From Eledone cirrhosa (taxonomy: Eukaryota), in NCBI GenBank assembly GCA_964016885.1, contig OZ024757.1:6386001-6450000 (forward strand): 64,000 nucleotides of DNA, written 5' to 3'. A program made the translations under genes and the position numbers. The notes beneath the pieces are model-generated. The model saw only the letters and a program-made list of their open reading frames with translations. It was not told the DNA's origin and did no database searches. Of this stretch, positions 53,283 through 64,000 are shown in pieces (within the stretch, counting starts at the first letter, position 1; the number at the start of each line of letters is the position of its first letter).

Positions 53283-53998
53283 TGTAACGGAATATGATGT
53301 GTGGTTGTAACGACAAGTGGATGAATGGATGTAACTGTTGGTATGGTGGTTTCAGTGTAAATAAAAATACCAGGAGTGTTGTTACAAAGTTTATTTTATT
53401 ACAACAATATTCAATTTGAATATTGAATGATAAAATAATTGACACAAAATATTCATACAATAATTTGGTGGCTCTTCGAGCCACGTAAATTCAAATATCA
53501 CAGAATACGATTATAATATGTGTAAACAGAAATGAATGGCGCGTGTACAAATGCTGGACTCACTATGAATTGCGTGTGTGCGGCGTATCAGTATATTTAC
53601 TTATTTGCATTGCAGGAGTCAGCGATCAGCCAGGAAGGTGAGAATAAATGGCAGACTGGTTTTCGTGACGAGAGCCTGTAAATGAGACTCGTCTTGTCTG
53701 TATCTCACTTCTTTTCTGTTTTTGGCGTAAACAACCCCTGTCTTTATAAGAGTTGAAGTTAGAAGGATAGATATATCCTCTGAACTTTGGTTAGTCTCCC
53801 AAGGGATTAGTTTGCCAAGAGTAAACAAGTCAGAAAGATGGATATATCCTCTGACCTATTTTCTGTCAGCCGTAAACACCTCTGACCTGTGTTTAGCATC
53901 TCCCAAGGGGTTAGTCTCTTGAGCGTAAACAAATTACAACAGCTTGTCCCAGAGGGGGGAAAGCTCAGATACGGTTTCGAATCTTCGCCGCCGTTATA
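53283..53998. mobile_element. solo LTR (716 bp), copy B only
   Basis: Ends TGTAACGG...CCGTTATA, with 4-bp TSD TATG (53279-53282, 53999-54002). Empty site at ~34625 in copy A. Confidence 0.8.
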
Positions 53999-54649
53999 TA
54001 TGTATACACTCACACACACATATTTATATGTATTTGGTGTATACGTTCGTATGTGTGTGGGTATGTGTTGCACCGGTTTACGTATGTGTGCGCGTGTATA
54101 TGTGTACGTGCATGTATATGCATGCATGCCGTGTGTTTTCGCATATACACGTGTATAAATGTGTGTATGTATATATTTAAGATTCATGATTTCAATAACC
54201 TCTGTCATTTTCGTTCTACTAATTTATTTACATTATTCTAAAATCCGAAGCCGAGAATCATTCAGTTTCCTAAATAATATATTAGTCTACGACTCCATTT
54301 ATACCTTAAATGTGGTTTGTCTTGGCGTGTAATTGTTCTCACCGCTCCACATAACGAGGTATGATCTTCGCTTCTTTCCGTTCATTGCCAGAGAACGTCT
54401 TCACGAACCAAAGTATCGTCTTCCTGTTTTACTTCGGTTGCAACATTTTTCGAAATATTTACTTCTACGTTCACAGATTGATTTTTTTCAGTTTCAGATC
54501 CCGTTAAGGGTGAAACCAGCAATTCTTTATGTATGTGGGGTGGGGATTGGAGAGGTAGGTCAGAGGGGTTACTTCGCTGGTAAGGGGGTGGAGTGTTAAG
54601 ACGTGGGGAGGAGGAAAATTGGGGCATACTTCAAACCACTAAATGTTGC

Positions 54650-55300
54650 TTCATCCCGTGGACATGGGAATGCAGGTCTCCTGCAGTACTGTATAACGCC
54701 AGAGATTTCAATCCTGTGTCATCACCTTTGAGAGGTACAATGGTGTCAGGTCAGTTTTTACCTCCTCATCCCAAGCATTCATAGGTATTCTTCTTCCATC
54801 AATTTCAAGCAGTCAACCTTTTATACGACATCTCTATCTTCATACACATCACATGTCCATACCACAGCAATCTACACTCCTGCATACTGTATCTTATCCC
54901 TCTCATGCCCAGGTTCTCTCTCAGTTTATTTACACTTTGCTCTTCATGTATATTAATATTACACATCCATCGGAGAATTCAAGCTTCATTTCTGTCCAAT
55001 CTTCGGAGGTCCTCTGCACACAGCGCCCAGATCTCACTGCAATGCAGCATTGCTGTTCATATGCAGACATCAATTTGATGAAACAACCTTTTGTAGCTAG
55101 CAGTAGTAACACACTAAACCTTTGACATCTTGTTCTTACTCTGGTTACTGTACTTTCAGTACACCTACCTCCACTGCTAATTTGGTCCCCCTGGTAACAG
55201 AAACTGTCAACTGCTTCTACAGAATCCTTTAAATATTTGATAGAGCTTGTCTTCTAAAGTGATTGCTTCTTACTGCTCCAGTGCAGTGACCCCTTGTAAA
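54650..55300 (-). mobile_element. old RTE 3' fragment
   Basis: Inverted homologue of 5820-6460. Confidence 0.7.
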
Positions 55301-55376
55301 CCCTACATTCTTAGCTAACTCACTATGTATTCCACTAAATCTCTGGTGTACCCATAGTCTCTTTAGTGTAAATAAT

Positions 55377-55562
55377 TGTTTCTACTTTTGACACAATGCC
55401 AGCAATTATCCCAGTGTATCACTGGTACTTTATTTTATCGACCCCGTAAGGATGAAAGGCATAGTTAACCTCGGCGGGATTTGAACTCAGACCATAAAGG
55501 GCCGTAACTCTTTGCTGCAAAGCATGGCGTCCGTCCCTCTACCGACACTGCCAATCCGCCGC
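55377..55562 (-). mobile_element. tRNA-derived SINE with 16-bp TSD
   Basis: On -: tggcagtgtcggtagag (A box), gagttcaaatccc (B box), gcctttcatccttacggggtcgataaaat. TSD ctttagtgtaaataat at 55361-55376 and 55563-55578. Confidence 0.85.
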
Positions 55563-55819
55563 CTTTAGTGTAAATAATGTTTCATACACACATGTATGTG
55601 TGACCATTGGTTTCTGAGGCCACTTATGGCCACCACTGTTTAATGGGGGAGGCACTTCCAAACAGACCCTTCATTAAGCATGCTGACAAATATATTAAAA
55701 GGAAGTTCTTTCCTCCAACAATTTTCACACCAAACAGAGGAGAGTTTCATATTGTCAAAAAGGGAGGTAAATCTTTAGTGGTGGAATTGTCAGGCTTAAT
55801 TATATATGTAATTAGACAT

Positions 55820-56456
55820 ACATAGAAGTGGTTGATAGCTTTTGCAATCTAGGTGACTTAATTAGCAGTGGCGGGGGCTGCTCTGAAAGATGAATAGCTA
55901 GGATAAGGATAGGATGGAAAAAGTTTAGAGAGCTACTGCAACAGTTGACCACAAAAGGTTTCTCTCTCTGTACAAAAGGACAACTGTATGACACATGTGG
56001 GTGATGTGCAATGATGCATGGTAACGAAACAAGGGTGTGACTGCAGAGGATATGTAGACAGGAGAGAAATGGAACAACCATGCTTTGTAGGATATGTTGT
56101 GTAAGTGTGAGAGAAAGGCAGAGCTTGGACGAGTACAAGAAGAAGCTGGGTTTAAGAGTGATCTGAAGTGGTGTGTAAGAGAGAAGACTGTGTTTGTACA
56201 GACAAGGGATGCACATGGATAATGACCGCTGGGTGATGAAGTGCCAGGAAATCCCAGTAGAAGGAAACCATAGTAGAGGTAGGCCAAGAAAGACCTGGAC
56301 AGAGGCTGTGTGAACTGACTGCAAAGAACTGACCCTCACAGAGGAGATGACAAAGGAACACGTAAAGTGGAAAGATGCCATGTTGAGAAGGACCTGTCCA
56401 ACCCAAGGAAGCATAGAAAAAGCGACATAAAAACTGATGATGTTGATGAAGATGAC
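55820..56456 (+). mobile_element. old RTE 3' fragment
   Basis: VVDSFCNLGDLISSGGGCSER...RGRPRKTW. Homologue of 38390-39025. Confidence 0.75.
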
Positions 56457-56769
56457 GTACATATACACACATCCATACACAAATAAATCAAACACAGATA
56501 TGAACATACGTATATACAAACATAGATACAACATATACATGGACACAAATTTCTACACACATACATTCATATATATATAACGTGTGTAAATTCTGAACAA
56601 TACAGTTTTGTCGGCAAAACTCTTGGTTACAACTTCGACAAATAAAATTAAACGAGAAGAATTTCTGAGTAAAACAGTTTTATTCAAGATATTAACAACA
56701 TTGGTGGCACTATTTTGGGTGAGTGACATGGTTTTCATCTTGTCTAATTATGTTGCATTAAATCATCTT

Positions 56770-57265
56770 TAGAAGAGAACGATTTATCACAGACATCACA
56801 GTGATATGGTTCCTCTGCTATAGATGTTAGTGTCTAATGAAGTCACAGAATTTAGAGAAGCATTTACCACAGACATCACAGTGATATGGTTCCTCTCCTG
56901 TAGATGTTAGTGTCTAATGAAGTCACAGAATTTAGAGAAGCATTTACCACAGACATCACAGTGATATGGTTCCTCTCCTCTAGATGTTAGTGTCTAATGA
57001 AGTCACAGAATTTAGAGAAGCATTTACCACAGACATCATAGTGATATGGTTCCTCTCCTGTAGATGTTAGTGTCTAATGAAGTCACAGAATTTAGAGAAG
57101 CATTTACCACAGACATCACAGTGATATGGTTCCTCTCCTGTAGATGTTAGTGTCTAATGAAGTCACAGAATTTAGAGAAGCATTTACCACAGACATCATA
57201 GTGATATGGTTCCTCTCCTGTAGATGTTAGTGTCTAGTGAAGTCACAACATTTAGAGAAAGATTT
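56770..57265 (-). repeat. 80-bp dead-finger tandem repeat in the ZNF4 3' UTR (~6 copies)
   Basis: Same unit as 39340-39631. Confidence 0.85.
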
Positions 57266-57421
57266 ACCAAATATATCAGTGATATGGCTTCCCAGCTGTA
57301 TGTATATGTTTGTGTGTAACATTCAAAGAGAATGGTTTCTCTCACATGTCACAATGATATGTATTTAAATTTTCATTGATTCACAAATTTGAGGGAATGA
57401 TTTATTTCTGATGTCAATGCA

Positions 57422-60034
57422 TTATGATTTCTCTTCTGCATGTATAAGTTTGTGAGTAGCTAGGCTACTTTTCCCAGAGAATGATTTACCACAGATATCA
57501 CATTGATATGGCATGTCTCCTGTATGTGTACATTTATGTGTAGTTAAGTTACTACCTAGAGAGAATGATTTACCACAGATATCACAGTGATATGGCTTGT
57601 CTCCTGTATGGGTACGTTTATGGCTAGTTAAGGTACCACTTAGAGAGAATGATTTACCACAGATATCACAGTGATATGGCTTGTCTCCTGTATGTGTACG
57701 TTTATGTGTAGTTAAGTTACTACCTAGAGAGAATGATTTACCACAGATATCACAGTGATATGGCTTGTCTCCTGTATGGGTACGTTTGTGGATAGTTAAG
57801 GTACCACTTAGAGAGAATGATTTACCACAGATATCACAGTGATATGGCTTGTCTCCTGTATGTGTACGTTTATGTGTAGTTAAGTTACTACTTAGTGAGA
57901 ATGATTTACCACAGAAATCACAGTGATATGGCTTGACTCCTTTATGGGTACGTTTGTGGCTAGTTAAGGTATCACTTACAGAGAATGATTTACCACAGAT
58001 ATCACAGTAATATGGCTTATCTCCTGTATGTGTACGTTTATGTGTAGTTAGGTTACTACTTTGAGAGAATGATTTACCACAGATATCACAGTGATATGGC
58101 TTGTCTCCTGTATGTATACGTTTATGTGTAGTTAAGTTACTACTTTGAGAGAATGATATACCACAGATATCACAGCGATATGGCTTGTCTCCTGTATGTA
58201 TACGTTTATGCTTAAATAAGGATCTACTTTCAGAGAATAATTTACCACAGATATCACAGTGATATGGCTTGTCTCCTGTATGGGTCCGTTTGTGGCTAGT
58301 TAAGGCACTACTTTCTGAGAATGATTTACCACAGATATCACAGTGATATGGCTTGTCTCCTGTATGTATAAATTTGTGTGTAGTGAAGGTACTACTTTGA
58401 GAGAATGATTTACCACAGATATCACAGTGATATGGCTTGTCTCCTGTATGTGTACGTTTATGTGCAGTTAAGTTACTACTTAGAGAGAATGATTTACCAC
58501 AGATATCACAGTGATATGGCCTGTCTCCTGTATGGGTACGTTTGTGGCTAGTTAAGGTACCACTTAGAGAGAATGATTTACCACAGATATCACAGTGATA
58601 TGGCTTGTCTCCTGTATGTGTACGTTTGTGTCTAGTTAAGTGACTACTTAGAGAGAATGATTTACCACAGATGTCACAGTGATATGGCTTGTCTCCTGTA
58701 TGGGTACGTTTGTGGCTAGTTAAGGTATCACTTACAGAGAATGATTTACCACAGATATCACAATTATAAGGCTTGTCTCCCGTATGTGTACGTTTATGTG
58801 CAGTTAAGTTACTACTTTGAGAGAATGATTTACCACAGATATCACAGTGTAATGGCTTGTCTCCTGTATGTATAAGTTTATGCTTAAATAAGGATCTACT
58901 TTCAGAGAATGATTTACCACAGATATCACAGTGATATGGCTTGTCTCCTGTATGTGTACGTTTATGTTTAGTTAAGTTACTACTATCAGAGAATGATTTA
59001 CCACAGATATCACAGTGATATGGCTTGTCTCCCGTATGTGTACGTTTGTGTCTAGTTAAGGGACCACTTACAGAGAATGATTTACCACAGATATCACAGT
59101 GATATGGCTTATCTCCTGTATGTGTACGTTTGTGGCTAGTGAAGGCACTACTTTGAGAGAATGATATACCACAGATATCACAGTGATATGGCTTGTCTCC
59201 TGTATGTGTACGTTCATGTGTAGTTAAGTGACTACTTTGAGAGAATGATTTACCACAGATATCGCAGTGATATGGTTTCTCACCCGTATGGGTATGTATG
59301 TGAGAAGTTAAGGCACTACTTTCAGAGAATGATTTACCACAGATATCACAGTGATATTGCTTATGTCCTGTATGTATATGTTTGTGTCTAGTAAAGGCAC
59401 TACTATCAGAGAATGATTTGCCACAGATATCACAATGATATGGCTTGTCTCCTGTATGTGTACGTTTGTGTGTAGTTAAGTGACTACGTTGAGAGAATGA
59501 TTTACCACAGATATCGCAGTGATATGGTTTCTCACCCGTATGGGTACGTGTATGAGAAGTTAGGGTACTACTATTAGAGAATGATTTACTGCAGATATCA
59601 CAGTGATATTGCTTATGTCCTGTATGTATACGTTTGTGTCTAGTCAAGGCACTACTATCAGAGAATGATTTGCCACAGATATCACAGTGATATGGCTTGT
59701 CTCCTGTATGTATACGTTTGTGGTTAGTTAAGATACTACTTACAGAGAATGATTTGCCACAGATATCACAGTGATATGGCTTGTCTCCTGTATGTATACG
59801 TTTGTGATCAGTTAGGTGACTATTTTGAGAGAATGATTTACTACAGATATCGCAGTGATATGGTTTCTCACCTGTATGAGTATGTATGTGAGAAGTTAAG
59901 GTACTACTATGAGAGAATGATTTACCACAGATATCGCATTGATATGGTTTCTCTCCTGTATGTATACGTTTATGCCTAATTAAAGAACTACTATCAGAGA
60001 ATGATTTACCACAGATATCACAGTGATATGCCAT
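57422..60034 (-). CDS. C2H2 zinc-finger ORF (ZNF4), 31 fingers; starts at a linker-derived ATG (gene or pseudogene)
   Basis: 870-aa uninterrupted ORF ending GKSSLATHKLIHAEEKS*, like ZNF1. Confidence 0.8.
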   Translation of the reverse strand: MAYHCDICGKSFSDSSSLIRHKRIHTGEKPYQCDICGKSFSHSSTLTSHIHTHTGEKPYHCDICSKSFSQNSHLTDHKRIHTGDKPYHCDICGKSFSVSSILTNHKRIHTGDKPYHCDICGKSFSDSSALTRHKRIHTGHKQYHCDICSKSFSNSSTLTSHTRTHTGEKPYHCDICGKSFSQRSHLTTHKRTHTGDKPYHCDICGKSFSDSSAFTRHKHIHTGHKQYHCDICGKSFSESSALTSHIHTHTGEKPYHCDICGKSFSQSSHLTTHERTHTGDKPYHCDICGISFSQSSAFTSHKRTHTGDKPYHCDICGKSFSVSGPLTRHKRTHTGDKPYHCDICGKSFSDSSNLTKHKRTHTGDKPYHCDICGKSFSESRSLFKHKLIHTGDKPLHCDICGKSFSQSSNLTAHKRTHTGDKPYNCDICGKSFSVSDTLTSHKRTHTGDKPYHCDICGKSFSLSSHLTRHKRTHTGDKPYHCDICGKSFSLSGTLTSHKRTHTGDRPYHCDICGKSFSLSSNLTAHKRTHTGDKPYHCDICGKSFSQSSTFTTHKFIHTGDKPYHCDICGKSFSESSALTSHKRTHTGDKPYHCDICGKLFSESRSLFKHKRIHTGDKPYRCDICGISFSQSSNLTTHKRIHTGDKPYHCDICGKSFSQSSNLTTHKRTHTGDKPYYCDICGKSFSVSDTLTSHKRTHKGVKPYHCDFCGKSFSLSSNLTTHKRTHTGDKPYHCDICGKSFSLSGTLTIHKRTHTGDKPYHCDICGKSFSLGSNLTTHKRTHTGDKPYHCDICGKSFSLSGTLTSHKRTHTGDKPYHCDICGKSFSLGSNLTTHKCTHTGDMPYQCDICGKSFSGKSSLATHKLIHAEEKS

Positions 60035-60368
60035 GCCTCTTGTATGGGTAGGTTTGTGATCAGTTAAGTAACTGCTGAGAGAGAATGATTTACCACAGAT
60101 ATCACAGTGATATGGCTTATGTCCTGTATGGGTACGTTGTGAGAAGTTAAGTCACTACTTCGAGAGAATTATTTACCACGGATATCACAATATGGCTTAT
60201 CTCCTGTATGTATAACTTTGTGAGTAGTTAAGGTACTAAGTTTATTAAATTATTTACCAGATATCACAGTGATATGGCTTCTCTTCTCTAACCTTCGTCA
60301 TCTCACCAGGAATACTAAACACTTTAGATTGTGTTTCGCATTTAATCTTCTTTGTCAATTATTTTCCT
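60035..60368 (-). pseudogene. disabled ancestral leader and first fingers of ZNF4
   Basis: The original ATG is deleted (gaagaaggaaaataattgac). Shares the finger-1 and finger-2 lesions of ZNF3, plus further changes. Confidence 0.85.
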
Positions 60369-60706
60369 TCTTCAACAGCATATACAGATGTTTTCCTTGT
60401 AATTTTTTTTATATTATATTTCTTATAAAATATTTCTTCTATATTTCCCTCAAATATATTTAAGTTTATATCTGAAGATAATATAAACTTCTTTTTCCTC
60501 CAAGTTTAGTTAAAATACAAAATCATCTTATAGTGAAGAAAATAAACTCAGTTTTGAGGAAATATTTCACAGTAATATGACGAGAGATTTATATAAACAG
60601 TGTTATATAAGTGCTGCTTAGAATGTTTTAGTTTTAAAATGATGATAAATAGAGGTGATGTATCCAAGATTGAAAATAATAATTTATCCCAATGTCATCT
60701 GGTATT

Positions 60707-60732
60707 CTGAAATAAGAAAGAAACAGTATGAA
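60707..60732 (-). promoter_or_regulatory. splice acceptor of the ZNF4 coding exon
   Basis: ctgaaataagaaagaaacagtatg. Confidence 0.7.
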
Positions 60733-60805
60733 ATAATACAGAATACTTTAGAAGCAGAGATAGATTTAACAGTGGAAATTTTATATTTCTATATTGGTAA
60801 ATTGT

Positions 60806-61327
60806 AGACTACCTTGAGTAGAAGATTATGGAAGTTAAAGGACCCCATAGCCAGTGACAAATTTAAAAGCCTATTACTTGATGCCTTTGACAATAAGGAA
60901 GATCAATTAGAGACATGCAATATAGAGGAACAGTGGCAATCCTTGAAAGTGAACCTGCTGAAAGCAACAGTCAGTAGGCACCTCTAACAAAATAGACCTC
61001 CACCCCATCCACACCACCCCCTTAAATGTGAAGTTATGTTGGAACCACAACATCCAGTCCGAAACAAATGAGGTCGTGTAGGTGTCACGACAAAAAAAAA
61101 AAAACACACAGTCCACGCTGTAATGTGGTCGTGTAGGTAACACGGTAAAAACCTCCCAGTCCACACTGTAAATGTGGTTGGTGTTAGGAAGGGCATCCAG
61201 CCGTAGAAAACCCACCAGACAGTCCTATGCGAGCAAGACAACCATTCTTGCCTCAAGTGGCAAAACTCCCGTCCAAACCCATGCTAGCATGGAAGATGGA
61301 CGTTAAACGATGATGATGATGATGATG
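60806..61327 (+). mobile_element. internally deleted RTE (copy B)
   Basis: Homologue of 42165-42697. Confidence 0.8.
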
Positions 61328-61535
61328 TATATATACACTGTGTACAGTATATATAATACCCTATATATGTTGTCCAAGAGAAAGGCTATGGCCGATACAG
61401 CTTGGCACTTGTGACATCACAACATATATATACACTATATATATTATACAGTATATATACACTATATATATGTCGAAGGGAAAGGCAATGCCTGACACAG
61501 CTTGACACCAGTGACATCACAACATATATATACAC

Positions 61536-61569
<34 letters not shown>

Positions 61570-61669
61570 CACTGTGTACAATATCTATCATACACTATAT
61601 ATGTTGTCCAAGGGAAATGTAATGGCTGATACAGCTTGGCACCAGTGACATCACAACATATATATACAC

Positions 61670-61701
<32 letters not shown>

Positions 61702-61898
61702 TACACTGTGTACAATATCTATCATACACTATATGTTGTCCAAGGGAAATGTAATGGCTGATACAGCTTGGCACCAGTGACATCACAACATATATATACA
61801 CTATATATATATATACACACACCATATATGTTGTCCAAGGGAAAGGCAATGGCTGACACAGCTTGGCACCAGTGACATCACAACATATATATATATAA
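61328..61898 (-). repeat. SINE-derived minisatellite array (copy B)
   Basis: Five cores with TA-rich spacers. Confidence 0.9.
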
Positions 61899-62315
61899 CT
61901 TATATCCCAGACTTCCATAGATTATTTCTATTCTACAGCTATCTCTCTTCCCCAGTTTCAAAATGTTCTGTTTACATTATTATTATTATCATTCACTTGT
62001 TTCCACAACGTATATACTTCGACCTTGTTTTTGATATAAACCATGTTGGACATTGTGTCTTTCTCTACAAACTCATCCCTAACCCCCGCCATTACCTCCC
62101 CTTTCTCCCACTCATTCATTTCGGTGTTTCCAAAGCTAAGTGTCCATCTTCGAAGTTCTTGCATACTTGCCTTGTGTAATATGTCTACTTATATCTGCTT
62201 ATTTCCCCCGAATCTCCTGTGATGATATATGTCATGATGGCTACCTATCTCACAATTTCCCACTCACCAGCATAGGCTATTTGACCAATCAAACCTCAGC
62301 AACATGTCCTTACAC

Positions 62316-63002
62316 ATTACCAGCCCCAACAAACTCTGCCATTAGTACTACTGTCCTTCTAGCCCTTACCAGCCCCAACAAACTCTGCCATAACTACTAC
62401 TGTCCTTCTAGCCCTTACCAGCCCCAACAAACTCTGCCATTACTACTACTGTCCTTCTAGCCCTTACCAGCCCCAGCAAACTCTGCCATTACTACTACTG
62501 TCCTTCTAGACCTTACCAGCCCCAACAAACTCTGCCATTACTACTACTGTCCTTCTAGCCCTTACCAGCCCCAACAAACTCTGCCATTACTACTACTGTC
62601 CTTCTAGCCCTTACCAGCCCCAACAAACTCTGCCATTCCTACTACTGTCCTTCTAGCCCTTACTAGCCCCAAAAAACTCTGCCATTACTACTACTGTCCT
62701 TCTAGCCCTTACCAGCCCCAACAAACTCTGCCATTCCTACTACTGTCCTTCTAGCCCTTACTAGCCCCAAAAAACTCTGCCATTACTACTACTGTTCTTC
62801 TAGCCCTTACCAGCCCCAACAAACTCTGCCATTCCTACTACTGTCCTTCTAGCCCTTACTAGCCCCCAAAAACTCTGCCATTACTACTACTGTCCTTCTA
62901 AACCTTACCAGCCCCAACAAACTCTGCCATTACTACTACTGTCCTTCTAGCCCTTACCAGCCCCAACAAACACTGACATTATTACTACTGTCCTTCTAGC
63001 CC
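62316..63002. repeat. 49-bp minisatellite (~14 copies, copy B)
   Basis: Same unit as 43795-44785 with different variants. Confidence 0.9.
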
Positions 63003-63139
63003 TGCACCAAAGTATACTTGATTACTGTTATGTATGGAGGAGCGAAGGATAAATGGAACAACACCGAATAAATAAATGAATATGAATCCGCGAGTTACCA
63101 AGCTCCCATGCAAAGCTTTAATTCAGAAACAGGAAGCAT

Positions 63140-64000
63140 ACACATTCCCCTGCAAAAATTCACCCTCTCCCACAAATGATGGCAAATGTCCCAAACTCTG
63201 AGTTGGCAGCATCAACATAAGCACAATGGAAGGAAGGGAAGGAGAAATTATAGACATGCTAGAGTGAAAGGATATTGACGTATGCTGTGTGCAAGAGACT
63301 AGATGGAGAGGAGAGTCCGCTAGAGTCCTTGTAGGCAAAAGTCAGTGCTATAAATTTTTCTGGGTGGGAAATGACAATGGGATAGGTGGTGTAGGTATAC
63401 TATTAACTGACAAATGGGTAGATAAGGTAATAACCACATGTATTGTTAACCAGGTAATACTAGAGGGTGTCATACCAAAGGATAGGTGCAGCAGCATCAT
63501 TGTCAACTGCTACAAGGGTAAAGGAGATGCACTAGATAGAATAAACTATAGAGGTATAAAGCTGATGGACCAGGTTATGAAAGTAATGGAAAGAGTCATA
63601 GCACAGTTGATCAGGGACTGGGTAAAACTAGGTGAGATGCAGTTTGGGCTTGTGCCAGGAAAAAGGACCACTGATGCCCTCTTCCTTCTGAGGCAGTTAC
63701 AGGTAAAGTACCTAGCTAAAAGCAAGCCGCTCTACCTGGCTTTTGTCGATCTGGAAAAAGTCTTCAACAGAGTGCTCCGTGCTATAATCTGGTGGGCTTT
63801 TAGAAAACTAGGAGTAGATTAGTGGCTTGTGAAAGCTGTACAAGCCATGTATAGGGGAGCAGTCAGCAAAGAGTTAACAATGACTATAGCAGGGAATTTA
63901 GCATACAGGTCGGTGTCCACCAGGGCTCTGTTCTTAGCCCTCTCCTGTTTATTATAGCATTGCAGGCTATAACAGAAGAGTTTAAGACCGGATGCCCATA
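63140..64000 (+). mobile_element. deleted RTE LINE (copy B), continues past the window
   Basis: QETRWRG...GVGILL joined to IVNCYKGKGD...FVDLEKVF...GVHQGSVLSP. Confidence 0.85.

Larger units (their letters stand above)
49890..64000. repeat. tandem segmental duplication, copy B (runs off the window)
   Basis: Collinear with 31331-~45380. Confidence 0.9.

Noticed and set aside
53468-53484. Hairpin gtggctc-ttc-gagccac resembling a histone stem-loop
   Set aside because: The loop and stem geometry do not fit the 6-bp stem / 4-nt loop consensus.

Overview
This is AT-rich, repeat-dense eukaryotic DNA, not prokaryotic. The [15 protein letters not shown]-type finger arrays, RTE LINEs with (GAT)n tails and tRNA/CORE-type SINEs point to a cephalopod, probably Octopus (inference). 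The window holds part of a tandem C2H2 zinc-finger gene cluster with four paralogues: 13 fingers on +, and 11, 20 and 31 fingers on -. All four share a 5'-UTR splice acceptor, a degenerate-finger 3' UTR and an AATAAA. The right half is a recent tandem duplication of about 18.5 kb (about 31.3-49.9 kb vs 49.9->64 kb). Comparing the copies exposes copy-specific insertions: a Helitron, a solo LTR, a SINE and a 5'-truncated RTE. The rest is RTE LINEs, SINEs, MITEs, Penelope and CR1/L2 relics and several minisatellites. The most notable observations are: (1) a palindromic MITE carrying a perfect histone-mRNA-type stem-loop in each arm, inside the predicted ZNF intron; (2) the two long ZNF genes have a destroyed 5' end but a new ATG made from a linker Lys codon; (3) shuffled finger arrays between near-identical duplicates; (4) a Helitron sharing sequence with the putative ZNF promoter; (5) a satellite made from a SINE fragment; (6) an RTE 3' end with three C2H2 fingers. 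All alignments were done by eye, and repeat boundaries are approximate unless junctions are quoted.
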